The notes beneath the pieces are model-generated. The model saw only the letters and a program-made list of their open reading frames with translations. It had not been told where the DNA came from and made no database searches. From Macrostomum lignano (taxonomy: Eukaryota): 63,617 bases of DNA. Position numbers and translations under genes: made by a program. Position 1 is the first letter of the stretch; each line of letters starts with the position of its first letter. The stretch is taken from positions 1 to 63,617 of the forward strand of contig NIVC01004035.1 in the NCBI GenBank assembly GCA_002269645.1. The letters run 5' to 3'. Shown one piece after another: positions 1 to 10,788 of this stretch.

Positions 1-1690
1 GGTTTGTCGGGTTTGGGAATCATCTTATGGTTCCCTTTTTCCAGGCTTTGGGAAAAGTACCCAACGCAGGCAGCAAGTATTGAACAGCTTAGTAACCCTG
101 ATGGAGTTGGGGCTCAGGCCCTTCTGAGGACGACATTGGGGATCTTATCGGGCCTGGGGCTCCCCCGAGCCGAAGACTGCTTATAGCCATTGTAACATCT
201 ATGTTTATGATCTCAAGAAGGTCAGCCTCAGACACTTCTTGATTGTTGCCCTCAACAGCCTGGTTTTGTCTAAAGTAGGACAAACCTGAAAGATCCCCTC
301 ATGGGGCTTGAAGATTTCTTGCGATCGAGCATTGATGACTTTGTTATAGTACTCAGTCCAGGCTTAGGCTTGGGTTGCATTTGGAGTCAAGAAAATTCTG
401 AAAAGGTTCGCTTTTTCAGCCTCTGTTTCTGCAGTGGCGTCATTATGCTTCAGTGTAGGTAGATTATCCTTTTCTTGGCTTCGCCAGTCATCTTTTTCAC
501 GTCTTCCATAGTTATCGTCGCGACGTGGTTCGTGACGATAACTATTTTTGGCTATCTTTTTGCAGAGATCTTCATACTTTTTGTATCTGTGATTCTTGAT
601 AGCTACTCTGATATCTTTGGCCGCCTGATTGGCAAGAATCCTGAACGTATCGTCCCTAGTCTTCTTGAAGCATTTTCTAAGATGCCTCCTGTGCTTAATT
701 TTTCTAACTATGTCCGGTGGGAGTTGCTCTCTGGGGTCTCTGTCAGGGACCACCTTATTGATGGTGTCAGTGATAGCCGAAGACAGATTGTCCACGACTT
801 GGTCGATCTCTTCAGGGGTAGAGATATCAGATTTTAGAATTCTGATGTTGTCAAGCTTGTAGTAGCGAGAATCTGAAGGACTCCCAATCAGTCTTCCGAA
901 GCTTTTGAGCGGGAGCTTTGCCTTGTGGCAAGCGGGATCAATGGACAGAGATACAACTATGGGAAGATGGTCACTGTCTAGATCTTCACCCACAGAGACC
1001 TCACTGGAGAAGGGAGCTAGCCTGCTAGTGCACATAGCTAGGTCAATCACATTGCCTAGGTTTTTACCAGAGCGGTTATAGATCCGCGTGTAATCCCCGA
1101 ACTTGTTGAGAACGACAGGGGGATCCGCATGCGAATCGAGCCAATCAAAAAGCTGCCTCCCAGGGTAATTTTGAGCACTATCACCACCAAGAAACCCATG
1201 CCTGCAGTTGAGATCTCCTAACAGAAGGGAGTATGGGGAGGATAGACACTGCTCAAGCAGATCCGTCTTAAGACAGTCGGGGAGCCCGGGGCCCTATAGA
1301 ACAGCGTGATATCAAACTTCCTGAAAGAGTTGCCAGGGAGATGCACTGAAAACTTGATATACTCATGAGTTTGACTATCAAAATACTTTTTAACCCGTCA
1401 ATAATAAGATGACTCTTGTAAGCAATGGCAAGCCGCCGCGCCTGCAGTCTGGAACGTCTAGTCTCAGGATGGCGTATCCCTGTATGAAGAAATTATTGTC
1501 CTTGGTCAGACAGGTCTCGGAAAAAAGGCCTATATCAATGTTTTCGTCTCGAACCCACCTATAACCTCATGCAGCTTATTTGAAATCGTGTTACAGTTTA
1601 AATGCCCACTTTCAGCGTAGTAGAGCAGTTGTTTACCCTCGAACCATTCTTGGTAACTGAGCTGTGACTGTTACTGTCACACACTGACAT
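1..1690 (-). pseudogene. ORF2 of LINE copy 1: APE endonuclease plus N-terminal RT, multiple frameshifts
   Basis: Manual translation gives LKVGHLNCN, DIGLFSETC, GEDLDSDHLPI, PDRDPREQLPPDI and YFPKAWKKGTIRMIPKPDK, all aligning to ORF2 of copy 2. ATG at 1690. Confidence 0.85.
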
Positions 1691-1743
1691 GCGCGCTCTT
1701 AAGTTTCAGGTAACAAGTAGTTCGGGGCCTGAAGGTGAACAGC

Positions 1744-2481
1744 TTACCATGCAGCTGCCCCACCATCAGCTCCCTGACCCTGTAGCTCCGAGAGTGAGCC
1801 CAGGACCTCAATGACAACGTGGACTGCGAGTTCCCCCGCAATCTGTGCGTCGCAGAGAAGCCCCGAGCCCATCTCCAGGATGCTACTCAAGGCCCTCATG
1901 GCCAGCCTGAGAATATCTGTTTGTGAGTAAATTTTTGAGCTACTGTTTTTGGTATGGTTATAATTGGTGGCCGCATAATTTGGTTTGGCCCAACTCGCCT
2001 TCGGTCCGTAGGTCACCGGCTCGGTCTGGTTAACAGTCGATGCTGACCCCGCGCCTGAGGCCACCGCTGCAGGGGCTGTCGCCTGAGCCACTGCAGGGGC
2101 CAGAACCGGGACGACCTCCACGGAGGCCATCGCCTGGACCGCCGCGGGGTGGGATGCAGGCTCGGTTGCCGGGTCAACCGCTGCAGAGGCCATCGCCGAG
2201 ACCGCCGCAGGGGGACCAGCCGGGCACGCGTTGTACATTGGAGGCAGTTGGCTTGTCACAGCTGATCGGCTTGCTGCTGCAGAGTAGGAGAACTGTTGCG
2301 GCCTCGGAAAGGCTTCTGGTAAGTTTTGCTGATATCAGTCGTAGTCGTACTGTTGTCGTAGACTGTGCACCCTCTCGCGCTCCCTTTCAGTTGCCAGGCG
2401 ATGTGCCCTAATAGCTACTGGGCATTTGTGAGAATACGACGTGTGCTCACCACTGCAGTTGGCACATTTTAATTTCTACGT
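1744..2481 (-). pseudogene. C-terminal part of ORF1 of LINE copy 1 (third zinc knuckle, Ala-rich linker, terminal helix)
   Basis: In frame after the stop at 2482: T*KLKCANCSGEHTSYSHKC. The terminal ILRLAMRALSSIL...AGELAVHVVIEVL aligns with VLEVVLQALTRLM...AGQLAIQAVTEVL of copy 2. Confidence 0.75.
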
Positions 2482-3807
2482 CTACGTTCTACGTGTTTTT
2501 TCTTTTTCTTCTTGGTTAGCTTTGTTGTTGTTGGTTGCCTGGTCAGCTGTACTGGCTGCCGGTATACTTTTTTCTGTTTGTTGCTGGGTGCTTTGGTTGC
2601 TTGGTTGTTGTTCAACGCCTTGGTTATTGGTTTGCTTAGTAGCTGTGTCTTGAATGCTTGATTGCTGTGTTGCTAGATTTTGATTGCTTGATGCCTTGGT
2701 TTGATTGCTTGATGCTTGAGGATTCGCTTGAGCTGTGACTGCCTGAGAGGCGTCTGCCACTTTGCTGCCTGATTTTGCTTTGGAGTCCTTGATTGTAGAA
2801 TTTAGCTTAATTTTTTCCAAGTTGGCGGCCTCCTCTTCTGCTTTTCGCCTGATGGATTCCTCGTCGTCCAGGTCGCAAGAAATTTGGTCTTGTGTGAACC
2901 GGACGCACGGATTAGGCGTTGGAGTGTCCGCGGCGGAGATTCTGTCGTCTTTAGTTAATCGGAATGTTAGGTTGATTCGCATATCTTTGCATCTGGGATC
3001 TTTAGGTACGGTATGTTGTAGATAAGGCTGAGTGCCACCGCTCATTATTAAGAGGCTGCCGCTGCTTAGCTTTTGCGAAAATACTATGTTAGTTGGAGAA
3101 GATTTTGAGCGAACTTGAAAGTCTCGGGCGGCTCCGAGTGACACTGAGGCGATGATCGGATCCTCTCCAAGTTCCTTTTCATCGTCAGAGTGCCAAGGAA
3201 TACCGATGTTGCCGTCTTTATAAAAATTAACTAGGCAGGAATTGAATAGTGGCAGTTTGTATTCGAGGTGGAGCCACGTGACTAGTCGAACTATTGCAGC
3301 ATGCCAGTTGTCATTGGCCTCGATTTTTGATCCACCGTAGGTGTAGCTGGGCCCAAACCAGGCGATCTGACGGGCCTCCGGTTTTCCGTTTGAGTGGTGG
3401 TGGTAGGCACTTGGAGCGATGTCTTTCATTATTATGTTGAAGAGAGTGGTTTCTGAGCTTTTTACCGCGTTCGGCGCATAAGTGATGATGCAGTTTTGCT
3501 GTAGAGTAACAGTTTTTTCATTAGTCCTGTCTGGCTTGGGAATGCTTAAAATTGCCAAGTTGTTTATGTCGTATTTCAGGCTTGAACACGCTGCCGGAGG
3601 CTGCCTGGAAGCAGAGCCGCCATCAGCTGATCCTGGAGAGGCATCTGGCAGAGATGTCCGTCTGGCCGGTGTTGCTCTGTTGTCGGTAGGTCCAGCTGAG
3701 GCTCGCATGTTAGGCTTTTTAGTAGGAGCAGCAGTAGCTGGTGACGAGGTGTCTCGCGCTGGCCTCTTCCTGTTATCGGTGATGTCAGTTTCTTTGATAG
3801 TGCTCAT
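2482..3807 (-). CDS. ORF1 N-terminal part: AlkB-family (ALKBH2/3-like) 2OG-Fe(II) dioxygenase plus Gln-rich linker
   Basis: FNSCLVNFYKDG, WHSDDE (HxD), IASVSLGAARDF, HTVPK (distal His) and RINLTFR (2OG-binding RxxxxxR); also the WFGP-Y-YGG substrate lid. Confidence 0.92.
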   Translation of the reverse strand: MSTIKETDITDNRKRPARDTSSPATAAPTKKPNMRASAGPTDNRATPARRTSLPDASPGSADGGSASRQPPAACSSLKYDINNLAILSIPKPDRTNEKTVTLQQNCIITYAPNAVKSSETTLFNIIMKDIAPSAYHHHSNGKPEARQIAWFGPSYTYGGSKIEANDNWHAAIVRLVTWLHLEYKLPLFNSCLVNFYKDGNIGIPWHSDDEKELGEDPIIASVSLGAARDFQVRSKSSPTNIVFSQKLSSGSLLIMSGGTQPYLQHTVPKDPRCKDMRINLTFRLTKDDRISAADTPTPNPCVRFTQDQISCDLDDEESIRRKAEEEAANLEKIKLNSTIKDSKAKSGSKVADASQAVTAQANPQASSNQTKASSNQNLATQQSSIQDTATKQTNNQGVEQQPSNQSTQQQTEKSIPAASTADQATNNNKANQEEKEKTRRT

Positions 3808-4702
3808 GACAATGCTAGTTAACTAATTAAAACAGTATTCTAATGGAGGTAGATGAGTGGTCAATATAAAACAGGGAGACCAATTAGCTATAAAACTAGT
3901 AAAACAGGGGCAGTTCTAAATAAATGTAAAGCAATTTAATATAATAAATCAGTTCAAGGTAAATGTCAGCAGTTCAAGCAATTGTCAGAGCGGGTTAATA
4001 TCGTCCGCAAGCCCTACACGCACTGTCTCGTTTAGAATAATGAAGAAGAAAAGGAAAACCGGTGATTTAAATATAAGTAAATTATAGATCGAAATAATTA
4101 ATTTAGATAAAGAAGGCAAAGAATAGCAAAAAAACCCTTACTGACTAATGATCTAGGAAGAAGGCAAAAAGAGAGAAGTTCCTAAATTAGAGGAAATAGA
4201 TTAGAAAAAATTTAGAGAATTTTGATGTGCTAACACAAGAAAAGATAGTAATACCTAATTTAGACTACTAAGGTTCAAAAATAGTGTAAATGCAAATTGC
4301 TAGTAAATTTTGCAAAAATGCACAAAAAGAGACGAATTAAGAAAAAATTTGAGCAGGGGTTCCCCAGGCCGAAGCCAAAGAATTGAGCAAAAAAAGGAAT
4401 TAAATAAAAACGCTAAGCTAACTCAGAGGACAGCGCGTCCTAGACCCAACCCGTGAAGAGGATCCCTAAAGCTTAAGAACCCGAATTAAAATAAATAGAG
4501 AGCAAAAGAGGTTGCTAACTAGAGAAAAAGTCCCTAAGACATACTAAAGGCCCAGGAAAACGAGAAGAAAAATAAATTTATTAATATAGAAGTGAAGACA
4601 GAATTTACAATGAACTTACTTTAGGTAGTTTTGAAGCGAATTTAGAGCAGTAATCAGACCGGCCGGGACGACGGCAGTGCGCGCAAGGCTTGGGAGAGGG
4701 GA

Positions 4703-4717
4703 AGAATAAAGGAAAAC
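4703..4717 (+). repeat. 15-bp direct repeat AGAATAAAGGAAAAC (TSD candidate, 3' side of LINE copy 2)
   Basis: Exact match to 11317-11331. Confidence 0.85.
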
Positions 4718-5551
4718 TATTTTTCATTTGGTAAGTAGGGGCTGTCAAGGGGCCCTGCGCATCAGCCCTGGGGAGGGCTCTTACGCAACTAATTTATTTT
4801 TTTGGTTTCCAGTTTGAGCGATACATTTAGTATTTTGTTCGAGTTGGAGAAATAAAACAAATATTTTCTAATAAATAATACAATAATTACATTTAAAAAC
4901 TTAAAACAAATAAAAGGGTTCAATTAATCAATATAGAGACAATTTAAAGCAGATGGTTGAAGTATTGAGTAAAACAAATAAATATAAATAAATATGATTG
5001 ATAAAACTAAAACAAATATTGGGGTGTAAATATGTACAGTGAATCACAAAGCAATAATGTTTTGAGTGTTTTGGTATAAAAATTGAGGCCAGATTATTTA
5101 CTACTATTGAGAGTAGGTAGACACCGCTATGATATAGGAACCTGCCTATGTTAGTTAACCTTACGAAAACGAAGGATTTCCTGGGAGGACATAGTGAATG
5201 TCGTAAGTATAGAGGTCCCTACCCGCAAGTAAGGGTTTTGCAAACTATTCAACAGCATCCCAACAAAGCAAGCCCAACCGGTAAGTCCAACATTCAGATA
5301 TTCTGTCTTAGTTATAATGATAGTTAGTGGACCTGGCCCCACAATAAACAACATTTTGGGTGTATAATGTAAAACTTGCTAGAGAAAGAGTATAAAAGAT
5401 AATACTGTGAGAGGGTATAAACGTAAAAACAGGGTGTGATTGGTACTGTACTTTGAATGACAAGTGGTTAGCATAGCATTACGAGTATCATTAGTATTCC
5501 CGACCCCGGACAGAGGCGCTCGAGTTTTAGAATGAATCACATTAGCGTTAA

Positions 5552-8014
5552 TCATCTCGTAATTTGTCTGAGTTTAGTAGTAAAGGGGACCCTGAACCCT
5601 GGCCTGGCCCATTCTTTGGTGTCATTTTTGAACCCATGGATTTCACTCTCCAGGGCTTTTTTGTACAATTTTTTAGCAAGATAGAGGAGTCGATCCTGAA
5701 CCATGATGTCAATCTTTGTGACCTGGTGTAAGTATGTGATTTTAGTATAAGGCGGAGCATCTATAGAGAGGCAAAGAGCCTTATTTTGCAGAATTTGTAG
5801 CTTGTTAACCAGGGAAGCCAGTAGATTGATGAGCACCGGAGCGCCGTAAGTCATTGTGCTTTCAATGTAAGATTTATAGATGAGGCGAAGAGCCAGTTGC
5901 GAAATCCTGGAGTTCTTAGCTATCCTAGCTAGGGCAGCCATTTTGGCTGTCGAAGACCCAGCTACCTTGTCGATATGGGCCCTAAAGTTAAGCTGTTTGT
6001 CAAGAACCATCCCTAGGAAGGTGACGGAATCATAGTACTTGATTTTGTCTTGTCCAAGTTTAATTGGAGGATCGTCTGGACCTGTCTTGTTCCCATTAGC
6101 TTTGAAAAAGGAAATGGCTTTGCTTTTGGAGGGATTGATGACAATGCCCAAATTGTCAAGCCACTTTTTGAGGACAATAAAGTAGGAGTTAAGCCTTTTA
6201 GCGGACATCGTAGATTTTGTGGCAGAGGCCCATACTGCTAAGTCGTCAGCGAACTGACTAAAGCGGACTTTGGCTGATGTTAGGCTGATGGGTCTATAGC
6301 TTTCCACGAGATTTTTGGATTTGTTTGGTTTAGGGATCATCCTAATGATGGCCTTTTTCCATTGTTTAGGGAAGTATCCTATGAGAAAACTGTAGTTGTA
6401 AATTTTTGCGAGCGCTCTGATGGAGTCTGGGCCGAGACCATATTTCAAAACCATGTTAGGAATTCTATCCGGACCGTGAGCTCCTCCTGACCTAAGTTTT
6501 CTGCTTTCCCAGAGCACGTCCTGGTCAGTAATGTTAAGGATATCGTTTTCGATATCTTCTTTATCTAGATTATCTGGGTTCGCGTGCTCTTTATGGTATG
6601 AAAGTGCCGCAATTATATTGTTATGGGTTTTGAAGATCTCATGATCTTTGTACTTACTGACCTTTTCATAGATTAGCGAGTCGTGGTTGGGGTGAGATTG
6701 CATTTGATCTTTAAGAAAGTCGCTGAAGAGTGAAGCTTTTTCTGCCTCAGTCTCGGCATGCGAATCTTTGTAGACTAGAAGGGGATAGTTGATCATTTTG
6801 GACCTTTCTCCTGTCATCTTTTTGATGTCAATCCAAAATTTTTTGGGTTCCTTTTTATAACTATTTTCGGCAACTTTGTGGCATAGATCCTCGAATTTCC
6901 TATATCTATGCATGCGTATAGCATTTCGAATTTCTTTAGCTGCTTGATTGGCTTGAACCCTGAAGTCGTCTATTCTAGTTTTTTTGAATAATTTTCTAAG
7001 TTTCCTCCTATGCTTAATTTTGTTAATAATATCTGGGGGAAGCTGTTCCCTAGGGTCCCGGTTGGGTACAACATCCTCAATGGTGTCATGAATGCACTGA
7101 TTTAGCAGATCAACCGCTTTGTCTAGGTCCTCAGGTGTGGAGAATCTGCGACTGAGAAGCTGTTGGTTGCTAAGTTTATCCTGAAGGGTCCCTCTAAAGG
7201 TTTCCCAGTCAGTGTTCCAAAAGCTTTTAGTGGGTTTTTTGCTCAGCTTACAGTTAGGATTTAAATAAATTTTAATGATAATGGGGAGGTGGTCGCTATC
7301 TAGATCTTCTCCCACAATAACGTTGCTGGTATGTTTAATTAGCTCCGGGGAACAAATTCCTAGATCAAGCACGTTCCTAAGGACTGAGCCACTACGGTAG
7401 CTGACTCTGGTACAGTCCCCATAATCGTTAAGAATGGTTGGTGGGTTTGGATGCGAGTCAAGCCTATCAAACAGCTGCTTGCCAGGATAGTTAGTTTGGG
7501 AGTCACCACCGAGGGCTGGGTGGTTGCAGTTAAAGTCCCCGACAACTAAGGTCGAGGGATTAGAGAATAAATGGTCAAGAAGTTGGGTGTTAAGCCGTGT
7601 TGGAGTCGGGTTCCTGTAGAAGAGGACCACGTTAAATTGCTTAAGTTTGTTATTTTTAAGATGAACTTTAAAACTGATAAGCTCGTGGTTGCAGTTGTCA
7701 AAAAATTTTTCAACATTCATAATTTCTAAATGATTTTTATAGACAACTGCAAGTCCTCTTCTACAGTTAGGGACGTCAAACCGGAGCGTGGCGTACCCTG
7801 GTAAGTGAAATTTGTTTTTTTCCTCTAGGCATGTTTCAGAGAAAAGCCCAATGTCTAAGTCTTCTTTGTTGATCCAGGATATTATCTCATAGAATTTGTT
7901 GCTAAGCCCGTTGCAGTTGAGATGTCCAATGTTCAGAGTGTCCCGCACAACAGACTGTTTACCCGGCCCATTATTATCAGGGGAATTATTAGATGAGTTG
8001 AAATTTGATATCAA
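5552..8014 (-). CDS. ORF2: APE endonuclease plus reverse transcriptase with in-frame deletion of the central RT motifs; no RNase H
   Basis: HLNCNGL, FSET, VVGDFNCNH, LDLG, DSDHLP (APE); GPDRIPN, YRPISLTS directly joined to QFADD, YLG-like FLGMVLDKQLNF (RT). The QGSxLSP region is missing. Confidence 0.9.
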   Translation of the reverse strand: MISNFNSSNNSPDNNGPGKQSVVRDTLNIGHLNCNGLSNKFYEIISWINKEDLDIGLFSETCLEEKNKFHLPGYATLRFDVPNCRRGLAVVYKNHLEIMNVEKFFDNCNHELISFKVHLKNNKLKQFNVVLFYRNPTPTRLNTQLLDHLFSNPSTLVVGDFNCNHPALGGDSQTNYPGKQLFDRLDSHPNPPTILNDYGDCTRVSYRSGSVLRNVLDLGICSPELIKHTSNVIVGEDLDSDHLPIIIKIYLNPNCKLSKKPTKSFWNTDWETFRGTLQDKLSNQQLLSRRFSTPEDLDKAVDLLNQCIHDTIEDVVPNRDPREQLPPDIINKIKHRRKLRKLFKKTRIDDFRVQANQAAKEIRNAIRMHRYRKFEDLCHKVAENSYKKEPKKFWIDIKKMTGERSKMINYPLLVYKDSHAETEAEKASLFSDFLKDQMQSHPNHDSLIYEKVSKYKDHEIFKTHNNIIAALSYHKEHANPDNLDKEDIENDILNITDQDVLWESRKLRSGGAHGPDRIPNMVLKYGLGPDSIRALAKIYNYSFLIGYFPKQWKKAIIRMIPKPNKSKNLVESYRPISLTSAKVRFSQFADDLAVWASATKSTMSAKRLNSYFIVLKKWLDNLGIVINPSKSKAISFFKANGNKTGPDDPPIKLGQDKIKYYDSVTFLGMVLDKQLNFRAHIDKVAGSSTAKMAALARIAKNSRISQLALRLIYKSYIESTMTYGAPVLINLLASLVNKLQILQNKALCLSIDAPPYTKITYLHQVTKIDIMVQDRLLYLAKKLYKKALESEIHGFKNDTKEWARPGFRVPFTTKLRQITR

Positions 8015-8045
8015 GTTAACGCTAAACGTAATTTAATTGTCAGGT

Positions 8046-10788
8046 TCAGGTTTCATCTCCGCCCGCTTGCGCGGCTTCGGTGTCCCCTGTCCCTGAATCA
8101 GGTCCCCTTCGATTCCTGAGTGCTGCCAGGACTTCAGTCACTGCCTGGATCGCGAGTTGCCCCGCTTCCCATTCAGTGAGCATCTGCCCCGGATTAGTGC
8201 CCATGAGCCGAGTGAGTGCCTGAAGTACAACCTCGAGCACCCCCATCCGGGAGATTAGGCCCCTCTCACTTGATTTGCGCGTGTCATTGGCGTTTTCAAC
8301 TCCTAGATTGGGCGCGGCCACGGAGTCGGAGGCAACTGCCGGCAGCGTGGGCGGATTGGCGGAGATTTGGATTGCCGCCGGATTGGTCAGAGCAGTTCGA
8401 TTCGCCGGCGCTTCGGCTGGTGGGGCATCGCTAGCGGCAGAGGCAGCGGCGGCGGCGGCAGCGGCGGCGGCACGGTTGGAATACGCGATAGGACCCAGGA
8501 TTGGCTTGATGAGTCCAGTTCGCATTGGTCGCATTGCGTCAGCGTAGGATAGCGGTCCTGGTACCCCAAAGGCCTCCCCTAGGGACCGACTAGGTTTTGC
8601 TTCTTCTCTTTGTGCTCTGATTTTTTCGTGTGCTTTTCTAGTTGCAATTTCGTTTGCTTCCTTGATTTTTTGACATTTGAATGAAAACTGCGGGTGCTCG
8701 CCCCCGCAGTTGGCGCATTCGAACTTGCGGTCCTTGGGGCAGTCGGCTGAGAAGTGCTCCCCTGCGCATTTGTTACATCTGTATACTGACGCAGTGCATT
8801 TATTCTCATGGTGCCCTAATCTTTGGCACTTCATGCACTGGATGGCTTTGACAGGTGGAAGATTAATCGACTCCTCGCACCTGAACCTGCTGAAGCCTAG
8901 ATGGACGCCGTGCTCAATGCATCTCTCCATTGCGCCCTTACTCTTCGTGAAGAGGCGAACATGCGGTGATGGTTCACCTGTTGCCTTGGAGATGATGCGC
9001 ACGGCGCCATCAATCGGAATTTGCTGCTCTGACTCTACCAGGTGTTTGGCTAACTCTTTAGCGTCCACCGCAATGGGGACGTGCTTGACAATGAAACAGT
9101 ACACCTGAGGAGATTTAAGAGGTGCACGCACCTGATCGTCCCCTTGTTTTACTGGCCTCTTGGCTGCCATGCGTCTTGTAATTTCAAATTCATTAATTTT
9201 GTTGGTTTTAAGTGGTGCTGTTAGTAATTTATTGTAATCCTTAGGATGTTCTCGAGTTACAATGTAGCCTGAGCTATGGTACAGATCTTTGACCGATTTA
9301 ATTCTAATTTCAGGAAAGTTGTTTTTTAGAAACCATTCAAATTTGATGGGATCCTTGCCTTCATGCTCAATTTCGAAGATGACTGGAGCTGAGTTTTTAG
9401 GTTTTGAATTGTCATTAGTTCTTAGTTGATAGTTGCTGCTTGCAGTGTTAGGTTGGCTGGTTAGATTAGAGCTAAGTTGGCTAGTTTGGCTTTGAGTTTT
9501 AGATTGATTTAGCTGATTATTTTGGCTAGTTTGGCTAGGTTGGCTATTGCAGGTTGTTTTAGTTTCAGTTTGTTGTTGCTGTTGTGTTGTTGTCGGCGGC
9601 GTCAAGTGGATGAGCGTTTGCTGTGAGTTGTCAGATGGCGGCTGCTGCGGCTGCATTTGCATGCTGGCTTGTTGCTGCAAGTTGTGCTTGCTAATGGTTG
9701 ATTGCTGTTCGTGAGCAATTTGCATGTTTTTTTGTTGAGATATTTGAGTGGTTGGCTGCTGACTGCTAGGTTTGCGCCCCGTGCTACTGTTTGAACGCGA
9801 TCTAATTCGTCTCAAATTTTCCGCTTCCAGCTCTGCCCGTCGGCGAACCGAGTCTTCATCATCAAGATCGCAAGTGATGCTGTTGTCGACTGGTTGGATA
9901 CAAGGATTTGCCTGGTCAGAGACAGGAAGTTCTTCCGGGATCCTAGCATCGTGCGTAAGTCTAAACGTGAGGTTGACTCTGAGCTCTTTGACTTTGGGGT
10001 CTTTGAGGACCGCGTGTTGAAGGTGCGATTGTGTTGCACCGCTCATTACCAGCAGCGAGCCACTGGCGAGTCTTTGAGACCATGCGATGTTAGTTGAGCC
10101 TTGGGGCGCATGTGGAAGTCGCGCGTTGCGCCAATCGAGATGGATGCGATAGTCGGGTTAGGCCCTAACTCTACCTCGTCATCAGAGTGCCAGGGGATGT
10201 TGATCGATCCGTCTTTGTAGAAATTGATCAAACATGAGTTGAAGACGGGAAGCTGGTACTCGACTCTGAGCCAGGTGGCTAGGCTAGTGACAAGGGGATG
10301 CCAGTTGTCATTGGCACTAATTTTAGTACCACCATAGGTGTACTCTGGTCCAAACCAAACGATTTTCCGGGCTTCCGGTCTACCGTTGGTGTGGTGGTGA
10401 AAGGCTTTCGCCTGAATCTCGTCAACGAGAATTTTCAAAATTTGATTGTCGCATTTTTTAGAGCCGATGGATGGTAACTAATGTTGCAATTATTTGGTAG
10501 ATTGTATGATTTGCTGTCTGATTTGTCTGGTTTTGGTAGTCTAATAATTGTTGTTACACCTTCAGCTTTCATGACTTCTAGACTACCCCTTTTAGAAGGA
10601 GGCAGCTCACCTTTTGAGGTACCAGGTGGAGTTTCTGGCAGTGGCGCGTTTGACGGAGACAGCATGGTTCGTTGTTCGGATCTGCGGACAGGGCCGGCAG
10701 AGTCTCGGTTGTTCACCTTCTTGGTCGACACCGTCGGCGGCGAGTCAGTGTCTCGTGAGCACCGTTTGCTATTAATTTCGATTTCCAT
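8046..10788 (-). CDS. ORF1 (about 910 aa after correcting 2 frameshifts): AlkB dioxygenase, Gln-rich linker, RRM-like region, three CCHC knuckles
   Basis: Three consecutive ORFs (10435-10788, 10046-10438, 8046-10046) join by single-base shifts. WHSDDE, HAVLKD, RVNLTFR; knuckles CMKCQRLGHHENKC, CNKCAGEHFSADC, CANCGGEHPQFSFKC. Confidence 0.88.

Larger units (their letters stand above)
1..4702 (-). mobile_element. Non-LTR retrotransposon copy 1 (I/Jockey-like, AlkB-bearing ORF1), degraded; 3' part runs off window start
   Basis: Minus-strand order AlkB-ORF1 > one CCHC knuckle > APE endonuclease > start of RT, collinear with and homologous to copy 2. The 5' boundary is inferred from the direct repeat at 4703-4717 and is uncertain. 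Confidence 0.85.

Noticed and set aside
4728-4740. U1 snRNA 5'-like TACTTACC at the LINE 3' end
   Set aside because: Only an 8-nt match; no further U1 sequence or Sm site.
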